Shown: positions 36,898 to 47,078, numbered from the stretch's first letter. The stretch is 64,000 nucleotides of DNA from Bacillota bacterium (GCA_029006345.1 JAQXGK010000073.1:13822-77821), one strand, 5' to 3'. Numbers and translations are program-made. Notes: generated by a model from the letters alone, not told the origin.

Positions 36898-37830
36898 TTA
36901 TTCGGTAAACGCCGATTCCGTAAAGGTCAGCGTAGCGTTGTCCGCGTCAAGCTCCGCCTCTATTCCCATGGGGAGCGAGCCGTTGTGGAGCACATGTCCC
37001 GCAGAAAGTCCGCGCAGAATGGGCTTTTTGCAGTATGCCGCAACCTGATCTATCAGATCGTCGGTAGTATATTCACCCTCGTTCTGAATGTTGCAGTTTG
37101 AGAAGCCGCCGAACACTATTCCGGCGCACTTGTCAAAAAACTTCGCAAGCCGCATGTTGTTCAGCATTCTGTCGATACGGTAGCTTGCCTCCTCCACGTC
37201 CTCAATGAATATTATCTTGCCGGTCGGGTCAAACATATATTCACTGCCCATTAGTGCAGCGATAAGCGAAAGGTTTCCGCCTATGAACGTTCCCCTGACC
37301 TTTCCGCCGTTCATACCCGAAATTTTTTCGCCCTCGGCGTTTTCAAAAACTCCGAGCGGCTCTGACGAGCCTATCGCCCTATAGAACATTTTTTCGGTGT
37401 ACGGGTCAAAGCCGCCCACCATGCAGGTCGTCGGCATGGGAGCGTGCAGAGTAACAAGCCCCGCCTTTTGATACAGCGATATTATAAGTCCCGTAATATC
37501 ACTGAAGCCTAACAGCATTTTGGGGTTATTCTTTATGGTTTCGTAATCAAGCATATCTACAATTCTCGGAGTACCGTAGCCGCCGCGCTGGCAGATTATT
37601 CCGTCTACCGTGCTGTCGGCAAAGGCGTCGTTAATATCACGTGCTCTCATTTCGTCCGGTCCCGAAAGATATCCTTCGGTTGCGCGGCAGCTCGGGTATT
37701 CCTTTACCCTGAAGCCGACGCTTTCGAGATATTTTACCGACGCATCAACGCGGGAATGGTCTGTGCAGGGGCTGGACGGCCCGACCAGTGCGACGGTGTC
37801 GCCCTTTTTAAGCTTTTTCGGTTTGAGCAT
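36898..37830 (-). CDS. ldcA: LD-carboxypeptidase (S66 family, LdcA/MccF-like)
   Basis: Nucleophile context LGFSDITGL, plus a C-terminal GHV-type His (LSAGHVLHNGSLPMG). The ATG at 37830 has AAGGAG 8 nt upstream; the ORF-track start at 37851 was rejected. Confidence 0.8.
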   Translation of the reverse strand: MLKPKKLKKGDTVALVGPSSPCTDHSRVDASVKYLESVGFRVKEYPSCRATEGYLSGPDEMRARDINDAFADSTVDGIICQRGGYGTPRIVDMLDYETIKNNPKMLLGFSDITGLIISLYQKAGLVTLHAPMPTTCMVGGFDPYTEKMFYRAIGSSEPLGVFENAEGEKISGMNGGKVRGTFIGGNLSLIAALMGSEYMFDPTGKIIFIEDVEEASYRIDRMLNNMRLAKFFDKCAGIVFGGFSNCNIQNEGEYTTDDLIDQVAAYCKKPILRGLSAGHVLHNGSLPMGIEAELDADNATLTFTESAFTE

Positions 37831-37978
37831 TTTACTTTCTCCTTGTTTCACAGGTTTATTCGCTGTAAATATTAAGGTTAATTATACTATTGCAAAAAAT
37901 GAGTGTCAACATATTTTGCCGCAGGCTGCCGCAAGTAAAATTATTTTGTTAACTTTTGCATATTACGGAGCATTATTG

Positions 37979-38007
37979 TTTACAACCGCGAGAAAAAGTG
38001 ATATTAT
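37979..38007 (+). promoter_or_regulatory. Putative promoter of the PFOR gene
   Basis: TTTACA (37979-37984), a 17-nt spacer, then extended -10 TGaTATTAT (37999-38007). Confidence 0.45.
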
Positions 38008-38046
38008 ACTTATGTTACATTGAAAAATCAGGAGGAAAAAATTCAA

Positions 38047-41000
38047 ATGGCAAGAAAAAAGCTTTCAATGGATGGTAATACAGCTGCCGCTACCGTGTCA
38101 TATGCGTTCACGGAAGTTGCCAGCATTTACCCGATCACCCCGTCCAGCGTAATGGCCGAGCTTACCGATTCATGGTCGGCCGCAGGTCTCAAGAACATCT
38201 TCGGCGACAAGGTCAAGGTCGTAGAGATGCAGTCTGAGGCAGGCGCAGCCGGAACAGTACACGGTTCGCTTGCGGCAGGCGCGCTTACAACGACCTTTAC
38301 CGCATCTCAGGGTCTTCTTCTGATGATCCCGAACATGTATAAGATCGCCGGCGAGCTGCTTCCCTGCGTTATTCACGTTTCCGCCCGTTGCGTTGCGTCT
38401 CACGCGCTCAATATCTTCGGAGATCATTCCGACGTATATGCGTGCCGTCAGACCGGCTTCGCAATGCTCGCTGAGTCAAATCCTCAGGAAGTAATGGACC
38501 TCGGTGCAGTTGCTCACCTTTCTACCATCAAGGGCAGAGTCCCCTTCCTCAACTTCTTCGACGGCTTCAGAACAAGCCATGAGATTCAGAAGATAGAAGT
38601 ATGGGATAATGCAGACCTCGACGCCATGGTAGACAAGGAAGCGATAGCCGCTTTCCGCAAGAGAGCTATCAACCCCGAGCATCCCGTTCTCCGCGGCTCT
38701 GCTGAAAACGGAGATATCTTCTTCCAGCACCGCGAAGTTTGCAACAAGTACTACGACGAGCTTCCCGCTATCGTTGAAGACTACATGAATCAGGTCAACG
38801 CCAAGATCGGCACAGACTATAAGCTCTTCAACTACTACGGTGCTCCGGACGCCGACAGAGTCATCATTGCCATGGGCTCTATCTGCGACGTTGCTGAAGA
38901 AGTCATCGACTTCCTTAATGCACACGGCGAAAAGGTCGGTCTCGTCAAGGTCAGACTTTACCGTCCCTTCGTTGCCGAAAAGCTTATCGAAGCAATTCCC
39001 TCTACAGTCAAGAAGATCGCGGTTCTCGACAGAACAAAGGAACCCGGTTCGCTCGGCGAGCCTCTCTACCTCGATGTTGTTGCCGCACTCGCACAGAGCA
39101 GCCTGAATGCCAAGATCGTCGGCGGCCGTTACGGTCTCGGTTCAAAGGATACTCCCCCCTCAAGCATATTTGCCGTATTCAAGAACCTCAAGGCTGACGA
39201 ACCCAAGAAAAACTTCACCATCGGCATTGTCGATGACGTTACAAACCTCTCTCTCGAAGAGGAAGCTTGCCCCGACACCTCTGCTCCCAGCACAATCTCC
39301 TGCAAATTCTGGGGTCTCGGCGGTGACGGTACCGTCGGCGCCAACAAGAACTCTATTAAGATTATCGGCGACCATACCGACAAGTTCGTTCAGGCTTACT
39401 TCCAGTACGACTCCAAGAAGACCGGCGGCGTAACAATCTCCCACCTTCGTTTCGGCGATCAGCCCATCAAGAGCCCGTACTATATTACTAAGGCAAACTT
39501 CGTTGCCTGCCACAACCCCTCCTACATTGTCAAGGGCTACAAGATAGTAAATGACGTCAAGCCCGGCGGCACCTTCTTGCTCAACTGCCAGTGGACTCCC
39601 GAAGAAGTTGAGCAGCATCTCCCCGATGAAGCAAAGAAGTACATTGCCGACAACAACATCCAGTTCTACACCGTCAACGCTATAGATAAGGCGCGTGAGA
39701 TCGGCATGGGCAAGCGCACAAACACCATTCTTCAGGCCGCATTCTTCGCACTTGCAAACATCATGCCCATCGATGATGCGGTAGGCTACATGAAGGCAGC
39801 TGCCAAGAAGTCCTACCTCAAGAAGGGCGAAGCTATAGTTGAGATGAACTACAAGGCAATCGACGCCGGAGTAAACGCTATAGTTAAGTACGACGTTCCC
39901 GAAGCATGGAAGTCGATAGATGTCAAGCCGGTTGAAGAAGTTATCGAGGGCAAGCGTCCGGAACTTGTCAAGTTCGTCAAGGACATTGTCATTCCGGTCG
40001 GCAAGATGCAGGGCGATTCTCTCCCCGTATCCGCTTTCCTCGACTCGGTAGACGGCACATATCCTCAGGGTGCTGCCGCATATGAGAAGCGCGGTGTCGC
40101 CGTAGACGTTCCCGAGTGGATTCCCGAGAACTGCATACAGTGCAACCAGTGCTCATTTGTCTGCCCCCACGCAACCATCCGTCCGTTCGCTATGGATGCA
40201 AGCGAAGCCGCAAACGCTCCCGCTTCCACCAAGACCGTACAGATGAAGGGCAAGGGCTGCGAGGACTACAAGTTCACCGTCAGCATCAGCCCGCTCGATT
40301 GTATGGGCTGCGGACTCTGCGTAAAGGTCTGCCCCGCTAAGGAAAAGGCACTCAAAATGGTTCCTCAGGAGAGCCAGAGCGCACAGCAGGCAGCATTCGA
40401 TTACGCAGTTGCAAATGTTACAAAGAAGGCAACTGCATTTGCCGACACAACCATCAAGGGCAGCCAGTTCAATCAGCCCCTGCTTGAGTTCTCCGGTTCG
40501 TGCGCAGGCTGCGCAGAGACATCGTACGCTCGCCTTATCACTCAGCTGTTCGGCGAGAGAATGTATATCTCTAACGCAACAGGCTGCTCCTCTATCTGGG
40601 GCGGTTCGGCACCTGCAACACCTTACACGGTAAACCGCGACAGCGGCAAGGGTCCGGCTTGGGCTAACTCGCTGTTCGAGGACAACGCAGAGCACGGTCT
40701 CGGTATGTACCTCGGTCAGAAGACCATCCGTGACCGCACAATAGGCTATGTCGAAGAGCTTGCAGCACAGGTTCAGGACGCTGAAAAGAAGGCTGTTATC
40801 GACGAATTCCTTGCTACAAAGGATGACGGCAAGGCAAACGCCAAAGCTGCCGACAAGCTTGTTGCAATGCTTGAAAACTGCAATTGCGATTGCTGCGGCG
40901 ATCTCAAGGGCAAGATTCTTGCAAACAAGGATTACCTCTCCAAGAAGTCCGTATGGATCTTCGGCGGAGACGGTTGGGCATATGACATCGGCTTCGGCGG

Positions 41001-41598
41001 TCTCGACCACGTAATCGCAACCGGTGAGGATGTAAATATCATGGTATTCGATACCGAGGTTTACTCCAACACCGGCGGACAGGCCTCCAAGGCAAGCCAG
41101 ATCGGTCAGGTTGCTCAGTTTGCCGCAGCCGGCAAGGCTATCGGCAAAAAGGATCTCGCTCAGATCGCTATGAGCTACGGTTACGTATATGTAGCACAGA
41201 TCGCTATGGGCGCTGATATGAACCAGACCATCAAGGCTCTCGTAGAAGCAGAAGCATATCCGGGACCCTCGATCGTCATCGGCTACGCACCCTGCGAAAT
41301 GCACGGTGTTAAGGGAGGCATGACCAACTGCCAGAACGAAATGAAGCGTGCAGTTGCAGCCGGCTATTGGCAGATGTTCAGATTCAATCCGGCTCTCAAG
41401 GCAGAAGGAAAGAATCCGCTTTCGATCGATTCCAAGCCCGCTACAGAAGACTATATCGACTTCATCAAGAGCGAAACCCGTTACAGCCGTCTTGTCCAGT
41501 CGTCGCCTGAGAGAGCAGACGCCCTCTTCACAAAGGCTGCCGAAATGGCAAAGGCTAAGTACGCAAGACTTGAGAAGCTCAAGGATCTCTACGAATAA
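38047..41598 (+). CDS. nifJ: Pyruvate:ferredoxin (flavodoxin) oxidoreductase
   Basis: About 1180 aa. It has two ferredoxin-type 4Fe-4S motifs (CIQCNQCSFVCPH, CMGCGLCVKVCP) and a TPP-binding region (GGDGWAYDIGFGGLDH). AGGAGG lies upstream of the ATG at 38047. Confidence 0.95.
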   Translation: MARKKLSMDGNTAAATVSYAFTEVASIYPITPSSVMAELTDSWSAAGLKNIFGDKVKVVEMQSEAGAAGTVHGSLAAGALTTTFTASQGLLLMIPNMYKIAGELLPCVIHVSARCVASHALNIFGDHSDVYACRQTGFAMLAESNPQEVMDLGAVAHLSTIKGRVPFLNFFDGFRTSHEIQKIEVWDNADLDAMVDKEAIAAFRKRAINPEHPVLRGSAENGDIFFQHREVCNKYYDELPAIVEDYMNQVNAKIGTDYKLFNYYGAPDADRVIIAMGSICDVAEEVIDFLNAHGEKVGLVKVRLYRPFVAEKLIEAIPSTVKKIAVLDRTKEPGSLGEPLYLDVVAALAQSSLNAKIVGGRYGLGSKDTPPSSIFAVFKNLKADEPKKNFTIGIVDDVTNLSLEEEACPDTSAPSTISCKFWGLGGDGTVGANKNSIKIIGDHTDKFVQAYFQYDSKKTGGVTISHLRFGDQPIKSPYYITKANFVACHNPSYIVKGYKIVNDVKPGGTFLLNCQWTPEEVEQHLPDEAKKYIADNNIQFYTVNAIDKAREIGMGKRTNTILQAAFFALANIMPIDDAVGYMKAAAKKSYLKKGEAIVEMNYKAIDAGVNAIVKYDVPEAWKSIDVKPVEEVIEGKRPELVKFVKDIVIPVGKMQGDSLPVSAFLDSVDGTYPQGAAAYEKRGVAVDVPEWIPENCIQCNQCSFVCPHATIRPFAMDASEAANAPASTKTVQMKGKGCEDYKFTVSISPLDCMGCGLCVKVCPAKEKALKMVPQESQSAQQAAFDYAVANVTKKATAFADTTIKGSQFNQPLLEFSGSCAGCAETSYARLITQLFGERMYISNATGCSSIWGGSAPATPYTVNRDSGKGPAWANSLFEDNAEHGLGMYLGQKTIRDRTIGYVEELAAQVQDAEKKAVIDEFLATKDDGKANAKAADKLVAMLENCNCDCCGDLKGKILANKDYLSKKSVWIFGGDGWAYDIGFGGLDHVIATGEDVNIMVFDTEVYSNTGGQASKASQIGQVAQFAAAGKAIGKKDLAQIAMSYGYVYVAQIAMGADMNQTIKALVEAEAYPGPSIVIGYAPCEMHGVKGGMTNCQNEMKRAVAAGYWQMFRFNPALKAEGKNPLSIDSKPATEDYIDFIKSETRYSRLVQSSPERADALFTKAAEMAKAKYARLEKLKDLYE

Positions 41599-41640
41599 TT
41601 GATATTCCGAGAGAGTATAATATTTACCGATAGGTAATAA

Positions 41641-41680
41641 ACTAAGGGTGTGACCGTACAGTCACACCCTTAGTTTTTTT
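41641..41680 (+). terminator. Rho-independent terminator of nifJ
   Basis: 14-bp perfect stem ACTAAGGGTGTGAC (41641-41654) / GTCACACCCTTAGT (41661-41674), followed by T6. Confidence 0.85.
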
Positions 41681-41718
41681 GATATGGGTCATTATTCTTT
41701 CGAAAGGAAAAATCAAAA

Positions 41719-42030
41719 ATGAAAGCAACCATACGCATTGCCGCCTTTGTTATAGTAATGGCTGTCATATGCACGCTTTGCTTGGTTTCATGCGGCAGGA
41801 CAACCGGTAATGACATTACAGGCTCCTGGCAGTCCGACGGCTCGACCTACGACTACCGTGATGGAAATGTCTACCGCAACGGAACTAAGCTGTGGCGCTA
41901 CGAAGCAAATGACGACGGTTCCATCCGTATTTATGACGGAAAGAACGGCAATGACTATAACGACTATAATTACACGATAAAAGGCGATTCCATGACTCTG
42001 GGCGACCAAACCTACAGCCGCGCCCGATAA
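41719..42030 (+). CDS. Small lipoprotein of unknown function
   Basis: 103 aa with a signal peptide ending in a lipobox-like LVSC. The mature part is rich in G/D/N/Y. AAAGGA SD. Confidence 0.6.
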   Translation: MKATIRIAAFVIVMAVICTLCLVSCGRTTGNDITGSWQSDGSTYDYRDGNVYRNGTKLWRYEANDDGSIRIYDGKNGNDYNDYNYTIKGDSMTLGDQTYSRAR

Positions 42031-42035
42031 TGCTG

Positions 42036-42076
42036 AAAAATCCCCGTCATTTGGCGGGGATTCTTTCGTTTTTTTG
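42036..42076. terminator. Bidirectional terminator between convergent genes
   Basis: Stem AATCCCCG (42039-46) / CGGGGATT (42055-62), flanked by an A-run upstream and T-rich sequence downstream (CTTTCGTTTTTTT). Confidence 0.6.
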
Positions 42077-42150
42077 TTTTAGGCTTGTCAGGCGAAGCAG
42101 GATTGCCGAATATCCGCTCCGAAAAAAATGAGCACGGCATCTCAGCCTTT

Positions 42151-44739
42151 CTACTCGGTGTAATCCGGTACGGTTCTCTTTTTTCTTACAGCGGAGTATA
42201 TTATCAAGGCTAAATATATTATCAGAGCTCCCGCCGAAACAGCCATGCCCGCTTTAAGACCGGGAGATGTATATGACATTTCTATCTCATGGGTGCCGCG
42301 GGACATCTCAAAGCCTATAAACGCCGTGTCGGTTTCGAAGTATTCCCGCTCCTTCCCGTCAACCTTAACGGTAAAGCCGGTGTCGTAGGGTATCGTCAGA
42401 TTAAATACGCCGTCTTTTTCGGCTTCGATACTGCCGCAAATGCAGTCGCCTTCGGTGCGGCTCATATCCGCCGAAAAGCAGTCGTGCGTCTCACTTATAT
42501 TTGCAAGCGAGCTGTACGGCAGAGAATACATCTCTATGCTCTCTATATCATATACGCCCTTTGAAAACCATACGTTCAGCTCGTCTATCGGCTGATTAGC
42601 CGAAATCACATAGTCAAAAACATTGTTTCCGTTGTGATACCTCGACGAAAGAGATGTCAATTTGTTTTTGGTGCCGTTTATCGTAATAATGCGGTCCCCG
42701 GAATACTCACTTTGGCTCTTGTTCAGATTGATTCTTATAAATAATATGTCGCTCAACTCGCCCGACAGCTTGATTTTCAGCCGTCCGCCTCTTTGCGACT
42801 TTACGGTAAAGCCCTCGCCGTTTCTTTTCCAGCTTTCAAAAAGCTCGTTTTGCTCAGTGCCGCTCACCTCGGCAAAATACGGCTTTATCTCCGGCTCAAA
42901 ATCCACCTCCGGCAAGCTGTCGTCATCAACAACAATGTACTTCATAAGAGCTTCGGACGTATAAGGATAGCTCAGCTTGTCAAACTGACTTTTCGGCATC
43001 AGCTTGTCCGAGAGATACCCGACGGAATACACATCGTCGTTGCGGTACAGCCTGTACTCGCCCTGCCGCGCCACCTCTTTGTAGCCGGCAGCCGGACAGC
43101 TATTTGCGATTATATATCTCGAGCCGGTCAGCATATTGAACAAAATGTTGGAGGTCGGATTTGTAATTGAGGCGTTTCGGAAGGATATCTCGTTGTTCAT
43201 TACATCGTAGTAAAAGCGGCGGTAGTCGCTGTTGTAGGTCGAGGAATACAGCGTCGTCTGGTAGTGCTTTGCAGTATAAACTCGGTTGAGCGCGTCAAGC
43301 GCCGCGTAATATTCGTTAAGCCTGTAAAAGCCCGAATCCTCCGAAAAAGCAGTCTGCGCCAGTATCCTGGCGTCATCGGAATTGTATTTTTCGTAATACT
43401 CGGTTTCGGAAAAATCATCGGTAAAGACAAAATTCACCAGCAAGGTTGTCGAAAGTGCGGCAAGGCACAGCCATGCACCGACGATTCGCTTTTTCGGAAA
43501 GCGTGTGTAAAGCGCCAGAACCGCCGCGGTTACGGCACAGTCAACCGCAAAGAATATCAAAAACCGATAGTCCATCCTGTCAGCAAACAGCATGGTCGCT
43601 CCGCCGGCAAGTGCTGCAAATACAAATGTTGCCACTACCCTCGGTCTGATTTTTCTGTCAAGAAAAAACCACCTTAGATATTCCCCTACCATAATAAGTC
43701 CGAGGGGTAAAAGCGGAATAAATGTCTTGCCGTCTATATAAAGAAAGCCGTTTGTCGCATAGTTTATCGCCGGAATGAAAAGCACCGTGCAAAAGAAGGC
43801 GGAAAGGAATATAAGATGCTTTTTCTTGGAGAAAAAGTTGCCGACCAGCGCAATAGCCGCAATGGCAGTCAGTCCGAGCGAGCGCGGAGAATATAAAAGC
43901 GCGGTAAAGCTTAGCTTGGGTATAAGACATCCGGCAAGAGCTCCGGCACCGGAGACGTCCGTCGCACCCCGTCCTGCAAGAAGCGCAAGTGCCGTCGGTA
44001 GGAGAAAGAATGCGCTGAGCAGTATCGCCAGTCCCATATATAAGCAGGTCTTAAAGGCGTGCAGGGCAATCTCGGAAATAGGCGCGGTTTTGTGTATCTT
44101 TATATAGCGATACACGCCGAATGCAATCAGACAGATCAGAGAGCCTATCGAGTAATAAAAGCTGGTCAGTATTATCAAAAAGCTGAAAAGCACAAGCAAA
44201 GCAGGCTTTTTCTTAATAATGTACCTGTCGGTCGCGAAAAACGCCGCTATCAAAAACGGCATATAGTTTATAAACATTATGTGCTGATGCGAATGATATA
44301 TGACAGGCCCCGCAAACAGGAATAAAAGCGCCGTGATAAGCGAGGTCTCCTCCCGCTTTCCGGTTTTGCGCAGATAACAGTAAATCAGCGCGGCGGAAAC
44401 AAGCACGCTTATTATAGTAGTGCAGATGATATAGCTCTTCATCGGCACAAACGGCACAAGATACGATAAGAGAATTATCGGATTATACAGTCCGTAATAT
44501 GCGAAATTATATATATTCTGCCCGCCGCCGATATTCGCCGCAAAAGACGGAAAAAGGTCGCCGGTCTCATAAAAAAGCTTTCGGAAATAATCCGGAAGGA
44601 CAATGTGCTGATCCTCCCAGTCTGTCGCCGAGCCCCATATGTATCCGCTGCGCGTCACTATCACGACAAATGCAATAAATACGGCGCATATCGTCCCTAT
44701 AAATATGTAATCCTTTTTGGTCGCCCTCTTCATAAGCAT
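42151..44739 (-). CDS. YfhO-family polytopic membrane protein (putative extracytoplasmic glycosyltransferase)
   Basis: 862 aa with an N-terminal half of about 13 TM segments. The family-typical start is SATDWEDQHIVLPDYFRKLFYETGDLFPSF...GGGQNIYNFAYYGLYNP. The C-terminal half is a large extracytoplasmic domain followed by a final TM. Confidence 0.8.
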   Translation of the reverse strand: MLMKRATKKDYIFIGTICAVFIAFVVIVTRSGYIWGSATDWEDQHIVLPDYFRKLFYETGDLFPSFAANIGGGQNIYNFAYYGLYNPIILLSYLVPFVPMKSYIICTTIISVLVSAALIYCYLRKTGKREETSLITALLFLFAGPVIYHSHQHIMFINYMPFLIAAFFATDRYIIKKKPALLVLFSFLIILTSFYYSIGSLICLIAFGVYRYIKIHKTAPISEIALHAFKTCLYMGLAILLSAFFLLPTALALLAGRGATDVSGAGALAGCLIPKLSFTALLYSPRSLGLTAIAAIALVGNFFSKKKHLIFLSAFFCTVLFIPAINYATNGFLYIDGKTFIPLLPLGLIMVGEYLRWFFLDRKIRPRVVATFVFAALAGGATMLFADRMDYRFLIFFAVDCAVTAAVLALYTRFPKKRIVGAWLCLAALSTTLLVNFVFTDDFSETEYYEKYNSDDARILAQTAFSEDSGFYRLNEYYAALDALNRVYTAKHYQTTLYSSTYNSDYRRFYYDVMNNEISFRNASITNPTSNILFNMLTGSRYIIANSCPAAGYKEVARQGEYRLYRNDDVYSVGYLSDKLMPKSQFDKLSYPYTSEALMKYIVVDDDSLPEVDFEPEIKPYFAEVSGTEQNELFESWKRNGEGFTVKSQRGGRLKIKLSGELSDILFIRINLNKSQSEYSGDRIITINGTKNKLTSLSSRYHNGNNVFDYVISANQPIDELNVWFSKGVYDIESIEMYSLPYSSLANISETHDCFSADMSRTEGDCICGSIEAEKDGVFNLTIPYDTGFTVKVDGKEREYFETDTAFIGFEMSRGTHEIEMSYTSPGLKAGMAVSAGALIIYLALIIYSAVRKKRTVPDYTE

Positions 44740-44746
44740 CCCCGAA

Positions 44747-45886
44747 TCATCTTATTTTGATAAGCTCAGTCAGCTCTCCTGTATAGTCGTCGTCCGGCGG
44801 CTCGGTCGCGCCGACAGTATCGGTTGATTTTTCCTTTACCCCGAAAAATACATATTCGCCGTCCGGCGATAAAACAATGCGCGGATTAAAGGCGTCGCTT
44901 TCCACCGAAAAGCGCTTTAACCGTTCGCCGGTCGTCATATCGGCTATATCTATGTATCCGTCGGCGAGCTTACCGTCGGGGCTCAGGTAAAGGGCGAGCG
45001 TTCTGCCGTCCGCCGACGCGCTGTAATTATGGTAATTTACAGCCGCCCCCGGCGCATAGACGGCAGTTTCGCCGCCGTCAAAGTCGACTCGCATGAATTT
45101 CTGACCGTCATCGCCGTTTTTCACCAGCAGCAGACCGCCGTCGATAGTCAAACTGTCGTCAAATTCAAGCTCCGTTCTCCCGAGCGGCCGGTGCGAGCCG
45201 TACTCAAAGTAGGCATACCCCGTAAAGCGGTCTCCGTCGCCGGTAGCGTAATAAATGCGGCTGTTTTGCTTATCAAATCCCAAAAGGCCCGCATAATCGG
45301 GCAGTGCCGACTTTTCACACAGAACATACTGTGTCTCAAAATCCGCTCCGGCGGTCAGTATGTGCCCGCCGTTCTCATAAATGACAGCTCCGCCTTCGTC
45401 AAACAGCGCGTTATTAAAGCTCGCGCCCTCAGGCAGCTCAACCCCCTGCGTTCCGGCGCTTGAAGCGTCTATAAAAAAGCACCGTCCGTCAGCAATGAGA
45501 TACCCCGTCACGCCCGACAGCCTGTGGCAAACAGCCCCGTCCGCGCTTGAAACCGTCATTAAATTCTCGGAAAGTATTGAATTCTTCAGGTCGAAATATC
45601 CTACCGTATATCCTTCTTCACACTTCAAAAAACACAAAATTCCGTCGCCGAAGGCGAGATATCTGTTTTCCGGCAGGGTCTGCCCGTCGGCAAAGGCTGT
45701 TTTGAAAAGCCGCGTTATCTCCCCGGCCTTTATATCCGATATTTCCTTTTCGCCGGTTTCCTCGGTATTGTTTTCGGTCTCTGTACTTACGGTCTCGGCA
45801 GGATTTTCTTGCCGGCAGGAAGCCGTGCAGAAAACCAAAGCCAATATCAGTAAAACCGCAGCAAATCTTTTTTTCATATCCGCCAT
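44747..45886 (-). CDS. Lipoprotein with TolB/WD40-like beta-propeller region, unknown function
   Basis: The start was trimmed to ATG 45886 (or 45877), because the longer ORF-track N-terminus overlaps the divergent promoter. Signal and lipobox: AAVLLILALVFCTASC. SPDG-type repeats (YLSPDGKL, VLSPDGEYVFF). The stop lies 7 nt before the YfhO start. Confidence 0.55.
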   Translation of the reverse strand: MADMKKRFAAVLLILALVFCTASCRQENPAETVSTETENNTEETGEKEISDIKAGEITRLFKTAFADGQTLPENRYLAFGDGILCFLKCEEGYTVGYFDLKNSILSENLMTVSSADGAVCHRLSGVTGYLIADGRCFFIDASSAGTQGVELPEGASFNNALFDEGGAVIYENGGHILTAGADFETQYVLCEKSALPDYAGLLGFDKQNSRIYYATGDGDRFTGYAYFEYGSHRPLGRTELEFDDSLTIDGGLLLVKNGDDGQKFMRVDFDGGETAVYAPGAAVNYHNYSASADGRTLALYLSPDGKLADGYIDIADMTTGERLKRFSVESDAFNPRIVLSPDGEYVFFGVKEKSTDTVGATEPPDDDYTGELTELIKIR

Positions 45887-45965
45887 CCGCTTCGTTTTTT
45901 TACAGTATATCATAAATCGGCGTATAATCCTATCGTTTTTTGAAAAAAGAGAAGCTCTGTTTATG

Positions 45966-45995
45966 TTGACGAATTTGCCGCTCATGTTATATAAT
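45966..45995 (+). promoter_or_regulatory. Putative promoter of the cysK-like/mtnN unit
   Basis: TTGACG (45966-45971), an 18-nt spacer, then TATAAT (45990-45995), 44 nt upstream of the GTG start. Confidence 0.4.
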
Positions 45996-46038
45996 GTATA
46001 AATTAGTAAAACAAGTATGATTGTAAGAGGAAATAAAC

Positions 46039-47052
46039 GTGACCGAATCTGTTAAGGCAAAATTTGATAATCTTCAAGCCATGATCGGCAACACCCCGCT
46101 TGCCGAGATTAACTACGAATATAAAGGGGAAAAACGCCGTATTTATGCAAAAATCGAGAGCTTTAATCTCACGGGCAGTATAAAGGACAGGGTAGCCTTT
46201 TATGTTTTGAAAAAAGCTTACGAGCAGGGCGATATTCACGAGGGCGACGAGATCTGCGAAGCTACCAGCGGAAATACAGGCATATCGTTTTCCGGAGTCG
46301 GCTCTTATCTCGGTCATCATGTGGTTATCTATATGCCGGATTGGATGAGCCGCGAGCGCATCACGCTTATGCAGAGCTACGGTGCGGAGGTCAGACTGGT
46401 CTCCCACGAACAGGGCGGTTTTTTGGGCTCGATAAAGTTGGCCGACGATTACGCCGCCGAGCGCGGAAACGTGTTTCTCCCCCACCAGTTTTCAAACGAG
46501 GACAATACCGAGGCGCATATAGCCTCTACTGCCGAGGAAATCGCGCGTCAGCTGAAGCTTTTCGGCGCAAAGCCCGACTGCTTTATAGCAGGCGTCGGCA
46601 CAGGCGGCACGGTAATGGGCGTCGGCAGACGGCTCAGACGCGACTTTCCCGAGCTTACCGTTCATCCCCTCGAGCCTCTCAACTCACCCACCCTTTCTAC
46701 CGGCTGCAAGGTGGGAAACCACAGAATACAGGGCATTTCGGATGAGTTTATACCGCCTATTCTGCACATGGACGAGCTCAATGAGATAATCTCGGTTGAC
46801 GACGGCGACTCGATCATCATGGCACGTCTGCTCGCTGAGCGTCTCGGCGTCGGTGTCGGCGTTTCCTCCGGCGCAAATTTCATCGGAGCGGTCATGCTTC
46901 AGAACATGTTCGGCGGCGATAAAACCGTAGTCACCACCTTTGCCGACGACTGCAAAAAGTACCTCTCCACCGACTACTCAAATCCGCCCGAAATGCAAAA
47001 GGATTCATTGCTTCACAGCCTGAAGCTCACGGGAATGCGCACCGTCAGATAA
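46039..47052 (+). CDS. cysK: PLP-dependent cysteine synthase family protein (CysK/MccA-like)
   Basis: PLP-lysine motif TGSIKDRVA, Asn loop ATSGNTGISF and glycine loop GVGTGGTVMG. GTG start with AGAGGA SD. CysK cannot be distinguished from MccA by eye. Confidence 0.75.
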   Translation: MTESVKAKFDNLQAMIGNTPLAEINYEYKGEKRRIYAKIESFNLTGSIKDRVAFYVLKKAYEQGDIHEGDEICEATSGNTGISFSGVGSYLGHHVVIYMPDWMSRERITLMQSYGAEVRLVSHEQGGFLGSIKLADDYAAERGNVFLPHQFSNEDNTEAHIASTAEEIARQLKLFGAKPDCFIAGVGTGGTVMGVGRRLRRDFPELTVHPLEPLNSPTLSTGCKVGNHRIQGISDEFIPPILHMDELNEIISVDDGDSIIMARLLAERLGVGVGVSSGANFIGAVMLQNMFGGDKTVVTTFADDCKKYLSTDYSNPPEMQKDSLLHSLKLTGMRTVR

Positions 47053-47078
47053 CGATATAGAAAGACAGGATTAACAGA

